A stretch of 64,000 nt of DNA, taken from assembly GCA_963662315.1 (NCBI GenBank), contig OY759353.1:3232001-3296000 (forward strand), given 5' to 3'. Positions within the stretch are counted from its first letter, which is position 1. The number at the start of each line of letters is the position of its first letter. The stretch is from Geopsychrobacteraceae bacterium (GTDB lineage Bacteria; Desulfobacterota; Desulfuromonadia; Desulfuromonadales; Geopsychrobacteraceae). A program made the translations under genes and the position numbers. Positions 8,993 to 18,920 of the stretch are shown in pieces. The notes under the pieces were generated by a model, which was not told where the DNA came from, made no database searches, and was given only the letters and a program-made list of their open reading frames with translations.

Positions 8993-10351
8993 CTAGATTT
9001 TATCCTTTCGTAGTCCGTATTTTTTCATCTTGCGATAAATCGTGGCCATATTCATATTGGCTCTTTTGGCGGCTTCTTCCACATTGCCGGATGCCGAAGA
9101 CAGTAACTGTTTCAGGTAGTCAATTTCAAAGCGCGCCAAAGCCTGGTTGTAATCTTCACTGCTATCGACTGACAGGTCTGTTTCAATGAACTGGGCTAGG
9201 GTTTCAAGGCTGATCTGAGGGGCTGTTTCAATAGTGATACAGGCTTCAATAACGTTTTTCAGTTGGCGGATATTGCCTGGCCACGAATATTCTGTGGCGG
9301 CTAGCTGGGCCTCTGCGGACAGCCCTTTAATTTCGGTTTTGAACTTTTTGTTCTGCAGGGCGATAAAGTGGGCGGCCAGTAATGGAATATCCGTTTTGCG
9401 TTGCCGCAAAGCGGGTAGATGAAGGTTGATGACATTGAGACGGTAAAAGAAATCTTCGCGAAACGCGCCACTTTGTACCTCGAATTCCAGGTCGGAATTG
9501 GTTGCAGAGATCAGGCGCACATCAACCCGGGTTGGTGTGGTATCGCCAATGCGACGAAATTCCTGTTCCTGCAAAAAGCGCAGCAGGGTTTTCTGCAGCG
9601 CAAGGGGAACGTTGCCAATTTCATCGAGAAACAGTGTGCCTCCGTCTGCTGCCTTGAGCAATCCTTCCTTGTCAGTATCGGCGCCTGTAAAAGCCCCCTT
9701 TTTATGACCAAACAGTTCGCTTTCCAATACTGAGTCAGGTATGGCACCACAGTTGATGGCGATAAAGGGTCTTTCCCTCCGCGGCGAATTGTAGTGGATC
9801 GCCTGAGCAATCAGTTCTTTTCCGGTACCTGATTCGCCGGTTATAAGAACAGATGTATCTCTGACGGCAACTTTTTTCACCTTGTCCAGGAGTTGCTGCA
9901 GGATTGTTGAGGCCCCGATAATCGTGTCAAAATTGAATTGACCGGCGAGTTTTTCTTTTAACTGCTTATTTTCTGTTTTCAGTTCATTATGATTCAAGGC
10001 GTTGCGTACCCGGTACAACAGTTCATCAGGCTCGAATGGTTTGGTTAACATGTCGTAGGCCCCTTTGCGCAGGGCCTGGATCGACATGTCGACGGTGGCA
10101 AATGCGGTAATCATTATCACCGGTATGCCTGGTTCACTGTTTTTAATCTGTTGCAGGACCTCTAGCCCGTCGATCCCCGGCATCTTGATGTCGCTGATAA
10201 CCAGATCCCAGATTCCAGGGCGAAACAGTTCGACAGCTTCAACCGGATTGGTGAATGTTCGTACGGCGTGCCCCTCGTCCATCAGCACTGCGGACATCAT
10301 GCGGCACAGTCCTTCTTCGTTATCAATGACCAGAATTTTTTTTGCCGACAT
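8993..10351 (-). CDS. NtrC-family sigma-54 response regulator
   Basis: Receiver domain (SDIKMP, KPF), GESGTGKE, GAFTGA, WPGNIRQL and Fis-type HTH. Confidence 0.95.
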   Translation of the reverse strand: MSAKKILVIDNEEGLCRMMSAVLMDEGHAVRTFTNPVEAVELFRPGIWDLVISDIKMPGIDGLEVLQQIKNSEPGIPVIMITAFATVDMSIQALRKGAYDMLTKPFEPDELLYRVRNALNHNELKTENKQLKEKLAGQFNFDTIIGASTILQQLLDKVKKVAVRDTSVLITGESGTGKELIAQAIHYNSPRRERPFIAINCGAIPDSVLESELFGHKKGAFTGADTDKEGLLKAADGGTLFLDEIGNVPLALQKTLLRFLQEQEFRRIGDTTPTRVDVRLISATNSDLEFEVQSGAFREDFFYRLNVINLHLPALRQRKTDIPLLAAHFIALQNKKFKTEIKGLSAEAQLAATEYSWPGNIRQLKNVIEACITIETAPQISLETLAQFIETDLSVDSSEDYNQALARFEIDYLKQLLSSASGNVEEAAKRANMNMATIYRKMKKYGLRKDKI

Positions 10352-12309
10352 CAGTACTCTTCCCGTTCCAAAGGCAGTTGAATAATTACAGTCGTGCCTT
10401 GCCCCTTAACAGACTCAATATGGATTTCACCCTGGTGCATATCGATAATCTGTTTGGTAATTGCCAGTCCCAGCCCGGTGCCGCGGGCTTTGGTGGTGAA
10501 AAATGGTTCGAAGATTTTCTCCATGTTCTTTTCGTCGATTCCGGCCCCTGTGTCGCTAATTTCAATGCGCAGATAATGACCGTCCGGGCAACTGGTTCTG
10601 ACCCGAATCTCTCCGCCGTCAGGAGTTGCTGAACCGGCATTCAACAGCAGGTTGATAGCGACCTGACGCAACTGGTCGCCATCCGCCATGATGAGCGGCA
10701 AGTCGCAGGCCAGGTTTTGGATTATGGCAACATGGTAAAGATCGGTGTGGTTGCTGGCAAAATCGATAATCTGGCGTAACAGCTTATTGATATCAGTACT
10801 TTCCAGCGCTGGTTTGGGAGTGCGGGCATAGCTGAGCAGGTCCTGGACGATTTTTTTGCAGCGCTTGCTTTCGCGTTTAATCTCATGAATATAGCCGTAG
10901 TTGGGATCTTCTTCGGGAATCTTTTTTTCGAGATAGCCTGCGTAACCAAGAATAACCCCGAGCGGATTATTGATTTCATGGGCTACCCCGGAAGATAACA
11001 CCCCGAGCGAGGCCATTTTCCCCTGTTGTGCGAGGACGGCCTCCATCTCTTTGTTTTTGCGCAGCATGCGCGTCATGCGATTAAAAGAGAGGGCAAGTTC
11101 ACCTAATTCATCGCGGCTTTCAACAGGCATCTGCTCATCGAGACGCCCTTGCTTGACCTTGCGGATGACCCCGATCATGTTGTGGATTGGTTCTGTCAGC
11201 ATGCGTGCGGCCAGATAAACCAGAACCGCAGTTAACAGGCCAATGATCAGGGGAAGAAGCAGAACATAAATAATAATGCGTGACTTCAGGGTATTGGCAG
11301 GGCGATAAAATTCATCTTCATAACTGCTGACCGCGACGATCCAGTCCCAAGGCTCAAAATAACGATAGCGAACGATTTTCATCCTGGCCTGGGTTTCGCC
11401 CTTGTTGAGCCATGGGTAACGGATCCAGCCATCCTTTTTATCGATCATTTCCGCAATAAAGGCGCGCCCTTCATTGTCCGTCTCGTTAATCAGGTTTTCG
11501 CCTTCTGAGTCGGGATGAATGGTGAGGGTGCCATCGCTGGCAAGGCAGTAGATGTAGCCGGTACTGCCAACCTTTTTACTTTTAATCTGGCTAGCCAATG
11601 TAGCCAGTGACTTTTGCTCAAAGACCGGATCATCGTACGTTTCATCCAGATAACCACCTGCAGCTATGATCCAGTCCCATTTGGGACAATAGCGAAAGGC
11701 GACAATTTTATTACGATAATGGTCATCGCCGAGTTGCAGGTTGCGCCATGGATAAATGGTATAGAGGACCTCTCCGGGATCAGCCGCCAGGGCGCGCTCG
11801 ACCATCTCGCGTATAAAGTAACGCCCCTGCTCATCCTGATAATCGATAATATTGTGATCCTCAAGGGCCGGATGAACAATCAATTGACCGCTGCTATCAA
11901 GTGCAAACAGGTAGCCACTGCTGCCGATACTGACTTCTTTAAAGCTGTTTCTGGTTGCTTGAAGGGCGTTATCAAAGTCAATGATGCCTTTTTTAAGGTG
12001 TTCCTGCTGCTGGTTGATAAGGTTATAGGCGAGATTGACCAGGGACTTCATCTCCTGCTGGACAATTTTCTTCTTATCCTCGCGATAGACCTGGAATTGG
12101 CGGTGATGGCCATCGAGCAGGTCAAGAGTGAAACTGGCCATATGGTCAAGATCGGCCTTGCTGGCGGCAGTGAGTCCCTCATAAGCTTTATCGGTTGCAA
12201 TATAGCCGATCAGGGCACCAAGCAAAAAGATGGGAATGACGACAAGTGGCAGAATAACCACCAGCATTTTAGAGCGGATTTTGAGGTTCTGCAATAATGC
12301 CAGTTTCAT
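10351..12309 (-). CDS. Sensor histidine kinase with Cache sensing domains and HAMP
   Basis: TM, two Cache-like repeats (GYLF..HP, GYIY..HP, WDWI), TM, HAMP (DELGEL), H-box AHEINNPL, FFTTK and GTGLGL; TGATG overlap with the regulator. Confidence 0.95.
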   Translation of the reverse strand: MKLALLQNLKIRSKMLVVILPLVVIPIFLLGALIGYIATDKAYEGLTAASKADLDHMASFTLDLLDGHHRQFQVYREDKKKIVQQEMKSLVNLAYNLINQQQEHLKKGIIDFDNALQATRNSFKEVSIGSSGYLFALDSSGQLIVHPALEDHNIIDYQDEQGRYFIREMVERALAADPGEVLYTIYPWRNLQLGDDHYRNKIVAFRYCPKWDWIIAAGGYLDETYDDPVFEQKSLATLASQIKSKKVGSTGYIYCLASDGTLTIHPDSEGENLINETDNEGRAFIAEMIDKKDGWIRYPWLNKGETQARMKIVRYRYFEPWDWIVAVSSYEDEFYRPANTLKSRIIIYVLLLPLIIGLLTAVLVYLAARMLTEPIHNMIGVIRKVKQGRLDEQMPVESRDELGELALSFNRMTRMLRKNKEMEAVLAQQGKMASLGVLSSGVAHEINNPLGVILGYAGYLEKKIPEEDPNYGYIHEIKRESKRCKKIVQDLLSYARTPKPALESTDINKLLRQIIDFASNHTDLYHVAIIQNLACDLPLIMADGDQLRQVAINLLLNAGSATPDGGEIRVRTSCPDGHYLRIEISDTGAGIDEKNMEKIFEPFFTTKARGTGLGLAITKQIIDMHQGEIHIESVKGQGTTVIIQLPLEREEY

Positions 12310-12533
12310 TAATTGCCCTCGATCTGATGAATGGGTTTCTATTTTATAACACGGGTTTATTTTTAAAGAAAGAAGGGACTGCGCGCTTTTGATACAAGGT
12401 GCGGGAAGAATGGTTTAAGAAAAATATGGGCAGCTGGCAACGTCACTGGCAGCGCATCATTTAAGGCGTGGCCCACTGAATTTTGGATGTGAAAAGATAT
12501 GGTCCGTCTCTTCAAACCGTGAAAGTAGATTCA

Positions 12534-12893
12534 TCAGGGCTGCAGATGATTTTCACTGCCATACTTTAGTTCGCAGTACTCCAGGCGTGACAGGTAGAGA
12601 TCGAGAAGTAATTCATTGGCGCGTTCGATCATGTGGTCATTGTGCTTCTGAAAAACTTTCTCGAAATTATGCTGAATCTGAGCGAATTGCTCTTCACTTA
12701 AATCGGATGGCAAATGAATGGTCATCTCCGGTGGTTCTCCGGAAAAATGCTTTTCCAGCATTTTTTCGACTTCAGCTTTCAGGCATTGGATTACCCGTGG
12801 GTTGAGATGAGATAAATTTGCTGAGACCGCTTCGTTGACAATGTCTTTGATCGATCTTTTTTCTTTTGAAAATGGCAAAATTTTTGCTGACAT
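12534..12893 (-). CDS. Hypothetical protein
   Basis: 119-aa ORF with protein-like composition filling an otherwise empty gap. Confidence 0.65.
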   Translation of the reverse strand: MSAKILPFSKEKRSIKDIVNEAVSANLSHLNPRVIQCLKAEVEKMLEKHFSGEPPEMTIHLPSDLSEEQFAQIQHNFEKVFQKHNDHMIERANELLLDLYLSRLEYCELKYGSENHLQP

Positions 12894-12986
12894 AACCTAT
12901 CCAGACAGATTTGAGGCATAGAATTTCATTTACGCGATATGGTTACAGGATAAAGGATAGCGGGGCCAAGATCATAGGGGGGGAAG

Positions 12987-13022
12987 AAAAAAAAGTGCCA
13001 CTTCGCGAATAAGTGGCACTTT
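12987..13022 (-). terminator. Rho-independent terminator after the outer-membrane barrel gene
   Basis: AAAGTGCCACTT/AAGTGGCACTTT stem with a T-run on the minus strand. Confidence 0.7.
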
Positions 13023-13085
13023 CAAGAAACAGAAAAATTTCAATTGATCGACAGATTGAGGGCGAAGAGGGTTTCCGGACAAAAA

Positions 13086-13832
13086 CTAGAAGCGTACCAT
13101 GACACCGGCAAACGGCCCGGTGATTTTAGCGTCAACGTAGAGTTCGTCTTCATCAATGGTCAGGTCAAAGTAGCGATACCCGGCATAAATTCCGACCATG
13201 GGGATGGGAGAAAATTCCACCTGGGCTTCGGCGTCAAGGAAATGGTTACCGGAAAATTCCATGTAACCAACGCGACCGGCAACCCCAAGGTAGTCGGCCA
13301 GGGCAACGCGGGCACGGGCCCCGATGGTAGGAATTGGTGCCAGAACCGACTCAGACTCAGATTGTCCCGAGGTTGATTCTTTTATGGTGAAATCTGCATC
13401 AGCAACCTTTATCGCAACTTCAAGACCGAATTGAAAACGGGTTGGCAGGTCATCAAAGTTGAGCAGATAATAGGTGTATCCAATGTCATAAAGGTCTATC
13501 GTCAGGTTGCTTTTAACATCGCCACTAAAGGTTTCACCGTTCAACGTGATCGGATCAAAAAGGGAACCGGTTCCAGAAAAGTCGAGGGGCAGATAATTGA
13601 GAGACAACCGGGAATTCCCCCAGGACAGAGCAATTTCACCGCTAAAGTCTTCACTGTCATCTAACTTCAGGTCATCACCGATATCTGCCTTGCCGACTGT
13701 GCCACCAATTGTCCCTTCCGGTGACAATAGCTGGTAGCCAGCTTTGATGGATAACAGTTCATCCGCATAAAGTTGTCCGGCACAGAGCAGAATTGCTGCG
13801 ATAATCCAAAAAACTTTCCATTTTTTAGCCAT
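13086..13832 (-). CDS. Outer-membrane beta-barrel protein (TIGR04219-like)
   Basis: Signal peptide MAKKWK..LYA, amphipathic strands, YAGYRYFDL.ID and C-terminal Phe; RBS AAGGAG before ATG 13832. Confidence 0.7.
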   Translation of the reverse strand: MAKKWKVFWIIAAILLCAGQLYADELLSIKAGYQLLSPEGTIGGTVGKADIGDDLKLDDSEDFSGEIALSWGNSRLSLNYLPLDFSGTGSLFDPITLNGETFSGDVKSNLTIDLYDIGYTYYLLNFDDLPTRFQFGLEVAIKVADADFTIKESTSGQSESESVLAPIPTIGARARVALADYLGVAGRVGYMEFSGNHFLDAEAQVEFSPIPMVGIYAGYRYFDLTIDEDELYVDAKITGPFAGVMVRF

Positions 13833-14074
13833 ATGAAGCTCCTTCTGACCAATCTTTGTTAGAGTTAAATAAAACACTCGCATGACGGAATACGGGTGTC
13901 AGCTAACAGGTTGTGAAGTTTTGTTGCGTGGCGGGTACTCTGGTTGCTCTTGGGAAGCGACTATAATACACTAACATTAAAAATACTTAAATAGTGTTTG
14001 TGCTCAGGCGGACAGGATCGATTACTCTCAAAATAACATAATATTCAGCGGCTTGACCCTTGTGGAGGAGGTAA

Positions 14075-15562
14075 ATGAAAATGAAGAAAATTTTGTTTAC
14101 AGTATTGTTCTTGTCTTTATTGCCCGGGATGGCTCTTGCTTTGGATACTTATTTCGCGTCCCCGCGGGCTATGGGAATGGGTGGTGCGAATGTCGCTTCG
14201 GTCAAAGATACCAGTGCCCAGTATTACAATCCCGCGGCTTTCGGTTTTATGGGGGAACCGGAGAATGACGATGCCGATAAATATGGTGTCGATATAACTG
14301 CTGCCGGTGGTTATCAACTGCACAGTGATTTTGCCCAGTATGTTGATGAGCTCAATGATATTGATCTTGATGCCCTGGAAGATGGTATCGACAATGAGCA
14401 GGAGTTGCAGGATCTGACCAGGTTGGCTAAAGCGTTGGCCGCTGTCGATGAGGGGAAAACAGGGATTTCAGCCCAGGGTAGCGCCGGTGTCGGAATCCGG
14501 GCGGGCAGATTTGCCATCGGGATGCGTTCCTACGGTGCTGCAGCCGGGCGCGTTACCAATGTTGACACGGTTAACCTTGGGCTGAATACGGATATCGCGG
14601 CAGTAAACACTGAAATTGAGTCCATTGCTATCGATGGTTACGATACGGCGACTTATGAGGTAACGCTATTAAGTGCAGAGCAGGTCACTGCCCTGCGAGA
14701 TGCCAATTTTTCTGACGAGGCGATAAAGCGCATCGACTATGTTGCTGCTGATCAGGACATCTCTTCTGGTGAATTGGCCGGTGTCGTTGAAATTCTTGCC
14801 GATGTTGCTGCCGGCAGTAGTGCTGATCCGGGCAGTACAACAAATTTGTCTGATAACACCACGACCATCACAATGGACGGTCTCAATATTGTTGAAGTCC
14901 CGATCAGTTATGGCTACAAAGTGACTCCCAACATTGCTGTCGGCGGCAACTTCAAGGTCATGCGTGGTCGGGTTTATAAAAACCAGGTATCTATTTTTGA
15001 TGAGGATACTGCTGATGCCTTTGAGAAGACTGATAAATATTACGAAGAGACAACCACCTTCGGTATCGATCTCGGGGTAATGGCCCACTACGGAGATTTT
15101 TCCTTCGGTCTGGTCGGGCGTAATCTGAACTCACCCAAATTTGATGGTTTCTACAAGCGGATTCTGCTGGACAATGGTGACACCACAATTCTGGATGCAG
15201 ATAAGGTCACTCTTGATCCTCAGGTGACTGCAGGGGTTGCCTGGATGCCGCTTGAAACGTTGACCGTGGAAGCGAATGTGGATCTTCTGGAAAGTGAAAC
15301 TATTTTTCCAGGGTATGACAACCAGAATGTTTCCCTGGGGATTGAATGGGACGCCTATCACATTGTTGCGTTGCGCCTGGGGGCCTATAAAAACCTGGCC
15401 AACAGTGATGTCGACCTGGTTTACACTGCTGGCCTGGGCCTGAAACTGTGGCTGGCACGACTGGACATTGCCGGTGCTTACACCACAGACTCTTATACCT
15501 ATGACGGAGATGATGTCCCGCAGGAAGCTAAAATCGCAGCTGCTCTCAGTGTGAATTTCTGA
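14075..15562 (+). CDS. TraF_2/FadL-like outer-membrane beta-barrel protein
   Basis: Signal peptide, PRAMGMGGA..YYNPAA motif, EVPISYG and RNLNSPKF, C-terminal Phe; RBS GGAGGAGG. Confidence 0.7.
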   Translation: MKMKKILFTVLFLSLLPGMALALDTYFASPRAMGMGGANVASVKDTSAQYYNPAAFGFMGEPENDDADKYGVDITAAGGYQLHSDFAQYVDELNDIDLDALEDGIDNEQELQDLTRLAKALAAVDEGKTGISAQGSAGVGIRAGRFAIGMRSYGAAAGRVTNVDTVNLGLNTDIAAVNTEIESIAIDGYDTATYEVTLLSAEQVTALRDANFSDEAIKRIDYVAADQDISSGELAGVVEILADVAAGSSADPGSTTNLSDNTTTITMDGLNIVEVPISYGYKVTPNIAVGGNFKVMRGRVYKNQVSIFDEDTADAFEKTDKYYEETTTFGIDLGVMAHYGDFSFGLVGRNLNSPKFDGFYKRILLDNGDTTILDADKVTLDPQVTAGVAWMPLETLTVEANVDLLESETIFPGYDNQNVSLGIEWDAYHIVALRLGAYKNLANSDVDLVYTAGLGLKLWLARLDIAGAYTTDSYTYDGDDVPQEAKIAAALSVNF

Positions 15563-15572
15563 TCAGGAGGAT

Positions 15573-15605
15573 GTGCGGGACAGTTGGCTTGGCACTGTCC
15601 CGCAC
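15573..15605. terminator. Hairpin between convergent genes
   Basis: GTGCGGGACAGT-N9-ACTGTCCCGCAC. Confidence 0.55.
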
Positions 15606-15613
15606 GCGAAAAA

Positions 15614-15961
15614 CTAACGGATTCTTTTGCGTCCTTTGGCTTCACGGCGGCGTCTGCTGCGTTGCTCTGGCGCAGGTTGTTCCGTGGGCTCTGGAGCCGT
15701 GGTTTTGGGTTTGGTCGGCGCTACTTTAATAAAGCGCTCCTGAATTTTGGTGCCGTCAAGCACGTTCAGGGCTTCGCGGTTTTCCTTTTCATTGGCCATT
15801 TTGATGAAGGCAATCCCCTTAAAATTCCCCCGGTCGTCTTTCAACATAAAAATCGAACGCACCGTTCCGCAGGTTGAAAACAGCTGTCTGAGCTCGTCTT
15901 CGCTAATTTCGTAAGGGAGATCAGAAACGAATAATTCTTTCAATTTTTCTTTGCTTGTCAT
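15614..15961 (-). CDS. RRM-domain RNA-binding protein
   Basis: RNP2 LFVSDL and RNP1 KGIAFIKM; Arg-rich tail. Confidence 0.85.
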   Translation of the reverse strand: MTSKEKLKELFVSDLPYEISEDELRQLFSTCGTVRSIFMLKDDRGNFKGIAFIKMANEKENREALNVLDGTKIQERFIKVAPTKPKTTAPEPTEQPAPEQRSRRRREAKGRKRIR

Positions 15962-16824
15962 TGGTTTTCCACCGCCCTTTCAAAAGCGCTATCCGTTTCA
16001 TTCGGTCTTTCAAGGCTGACCCGTCCCAGTTTACCACCACGCAATTCGCGCAGAAGCAGCTCGGCCGCACGATAGCGGTCGACGTCACCGCCACTGACCA
16101 GACAACCCCGCTTGCGGCCGATAGTGTCGAGCAGATCGATGGCTTTTTCCGGGATCTGGTCCAATTTGTAGCGTTCGCAGAGAATAGTCCGATATCTGGT
16201 GGCAAGGTATTCGGCAGTTAGCATGGCGACTTCTACGGAATCATATGCATCGTCACCAATTGCGCCGCTGGCAGCTAGGCGGCAGGCCCCGGAGAGACTG
16301 TCGAGAAAAGGCCAGAGGATTCCCGGAGTATCAGAGAGCAGGATGCCATTACGCAAATCAATCTGCTGCGGGCAGGTGGTTATGGCCGGTTTGTCGCCGA
16401 CACGGGCGATCTTTTTTCCGGCCAGGGTGTTGATCAGGGTCGATTTGCCGACATTGGGAATGCCGACAATCAGAATTCTCAACGGTTTTCCGGCCTGCAC
16501 CCGCGTCGCTAACATCTTGCGGCATAGCTTTGGAATCAATCCGACATCACGGCGGTTTTTTGCCTCAAGTGACAGGGCTTTGACTTCCTGTTGCTGCTCA
16601 AAATGCTTGATCCAGTTCTTGGTGATGTTGGGATCAGCCAGGTCGGCCTTATTCAATATTTTCAGGCACGGTTTGTTATTGCGTAAGCGTTCCAGCAGAG
16701 GATTGGCACTACTGGCGGGTAGCCTGGCGTCAAGAACCTCGATAACCAGGTCGATTTTGGGCATCATTTCAGTAATTTGGGCCCGGGCTTTTTTCATGTG
16801 CCCAGGATACCATTCGATAATCAT
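15958..16824 (-). CDS. ylqF: Ribosome biogenesis GTPase RbgA/YlqF
   Basis: IEWYPGHM, DARLP, NKAD, GIPNVGKS and DTPG in circularly permuted GTPase order. Confidence 0.95.
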   Translation of the reverse strand: MIIEWYPGHMKKARAQITEMMPKIDLVIEVLDARLPASSANPLLERLRNNKPCLKILNKADLADPNITKNWIKHFEQQQEVKALSLEAKNRRDVGLIPKLCRKMLATRVQAGKPLRILIVGIPNVGKSTLINTLAGKKIARVGDKPAITTCPQQIDLRNGILLSDTPGILWPFLDSLSGACRLAASGAIGDDAYDSVEVAMLTAEYLATRYRTILCERYKLDQIPEKAIDLLDTIGRKRGCLVSGGDVDRYRAAELLLRELRGGKLGRVSLERPNETDSAFERAVENQ

Positions 16825-16851
16825 AAGAATCTCATTCTTCTTAATTCAAAA

Positions 16852-17931
16852 TTAGGCGCGCATTTTCTGAATCATGATCAGATCTGCAAGAACCAGAGCT
16901 GTCATGGTTTCAACAATCGGAATGGCTCGTGGGACAACACAGGGATCATGGCGTCCTTTGGCTTCTAAAACCGCTTCCTTGCCATCGTAAGTAACGGTGG
17001 CCTGAGCCTGCCCAATGGTTGCTGGCGGCTTAAAGGCAATGCGGAAATAAACCGGCTCACCGTTGGAAATACCCCCCTGCACTCCCCCACTGTAGTTGGT
17101 CGTCGTGCCGAGGCGACCAGCGCGCAAAACAAAAGGGTCGTTGTGAACGGATCCGCGCATGCGGGCACCATCAAATCCTGAACCGATTTCAAATCCTTTT
17201 GTGGCAGGCAAGGACAGCATGGCATGGGCAAGCTTGGCTTCGAGCCGGTCAAAAACAGGCTCTCCCAACCCGGCCGGTAGATTACGGCAGACACAGGTAA
17301 TGACACCGCCAACTGAATCTTTTGCTTCCCGGGCAGCAACGATCTCTTCGGTCATTTTTGCCGCAGCAATGCTATCGGGGCAGCGGATGTCGTTTTCATC
17401 GACTTGAGCTCTGGTAATTGTGTTCATATCAATTTCAGCTGCATCATACTGACCGACACTGCTGACCCAGGCAACAATCTCAATACCGTACTCCTGTTTC
17501 AGGAATTTTTCGGCCAGTGCACCCGCGGCTACCCGGCCGATGGTTTCCCTGGCACTTGAACGGCCTCCGCCACTGGAGGCGTGAATCCCGTATTTGGCCC
17601 GGTAGGTATAGTCGGCATGGGAAGGGCGTGGAATGTCACTCATTGAGCCATAATCGCCGGGGCGTTGATCCTTGTTTTTAACCAGCATGCCAATGGGGGT
17701 TCCGAGGGTTAAGCCGTTTTCGATGCCAGATAGAATCTGAACCTGATCGGCCTCATTACGCTCTGTTCCGAGTTTATTGCCTCCCGGACGGCGGCGGTCA
17801 AGCTGGACCTGGATATCTGCTTCACTGATTGTCATGCGTGGCGGGACACCGTCAACGACGACGCCGACTCCGGCACAATGAGATTCCCCGAATGTACTTA
17901 TTCTGAAAAAGCGACCAAAGCTACTCGACAT
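16852..17931 (-). CDS. aroC: Chorismate synthase
   Basis: [30 protein letters not shown] and RHDPC signatures. Confidence 0.97.
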   Translation of the reverse strand: MSSSFGRFFRISTFGESHCAGVGVVVDGVPPRMTISEADIQVQLDRRRPGGNKLGTERNEADQVQILSGIENGLTLGTPIGMLVKNKDQRPGDYGSMSDIPRPSHADYTYRAKYGIHASSGGGRSSARETIGRVAAGALAEKFLKQEYGIEIVAWVSSVGQYDAAEIDMNTITRAQVDENDIRCPDSIAAAKMTEEIVAAREAKDSVGGVITCVCRNLPAGLGEPVFDRLEAKLAHAMLSLPATKGFEIGSGFDGARMRGSVHNDPFVLRAGRLGTTTNYSGGVQGGISNGEPVYFRIAFKPPATIGQAQATVTYDGKEAVLEAKGRHDPCVVPRAIPIVETMTALVLADLIMIQKMRA

Positions 17932-18189
17932 TGTATCCTCTACATGTTGGTAATTGATAGTATATTAAAAGATCGTTTTTAATCGGTTTGCCCTGTTTGG
18001 GTGCCCTCTTCTGCATCCATTTACCTGCCGAAGAAAGTCTCTCAGAATAGCAGAAAAGACTTCCAGAAGCTATGTTTTCAGGAAAAAAGCCCTGGTCCGT
18101 TGCGCCATTGGTCTAAAAAGTTTAACAGAGAAGCTTATATTCTGTGTGTCATATGCTAGAATGACGAAACTTTTATGGAGGTATATTTC

Positions 18190-18855
18190 ATGGCCGATGT
18201 GTCCCGCTTTATTAACGGCATTATTAATTTCCAGCAACAACACTTTGGCGAAAACGCTGAATTGGCTCATGAACTGATGGCAGGGCAAAAACCTCAGGCT
18301 CTGCTGATTGGCTGTTGTGATTCCCGTGTTGATCCAGCCCTGATGACCGACTGCTTGCCAGGGGAATTATTTATTCTGCGGAACATTGCCAACCTTGTTC
18401 CTCCCTATCTGAAAAATGATGATTACCATGGGGTCAGTTCTTCCATAGAATATGCCGTCTGTTTTCTTGAGGTGTCGGACATCATTGTTCTTGGTCATTC
18501 AGGTTGTGGCGGGATTGAAGCGCTGATGGCCTCGGCAGGGGGAAAAGATATCGGTGAATTTATTGGCACCTGGGTTAACATTGCCGCTCCGGCAAGGGAT
18601 AAGGTTCTGGCTGAAATGGCTGATGAACCGAAAGCTAAACAACTGTGTGCCTGTGAGAAGGAAGCGGTCCTGGTTTCGTTGAAAAACCTGATGACATTTC
18701 CCTGGGTTAAAGAACGGGTTGCGCAGGGAAAGTTGAGTTTGCATGGCTGGTATTTCGATATTGGGAATGGCAGGCTGCAATATTACAACCAGTTGACGGG
18801 TGAGTTCGAAACTCTGGTAGATCGTTATTCTCCACCTGATAAAAAACAACGGTAA
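18190..18855 (+). CDS. Beta-class carbonic anhydrase
   Basis: CCDSRV, GELFILRNIAN and HSGCGG zinc ligands; ATG 18190 follows GGAGG. Confidence 0.93.
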   Translation: MADVSRFINGIINFQQQHFGENAELAHELMAGQKPQALLIGCCDSRVDPALMTDCLPGELFILRNIANLVPPYLKNDDYHGVSSSIEYAVCFLEVSDIIVLGHSGCGGIEALMASAGGKDIGEFIGTWVNIAAPARDKVLAEMADEPKAKQLCACEKEAVLVSLKNLMTFPWVKERVAQGKLSLHGWYFDIGNGRLQYYNQLTGEFETLVDRYSPPDKKQR

Positions 18856-18920
18856 CGACTATTTCTGTCCGTTACCGCTGCTTTCATCATTTTTGAAGTC
18901 TGTTAGTGATTTGAATTTTG

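Noticed and set aside
14075..15562. TraF-like gene as evidence of a conjugative element
   Set aside because: No other tra genes, relaxase or integrase; flanked by housekeeping genes
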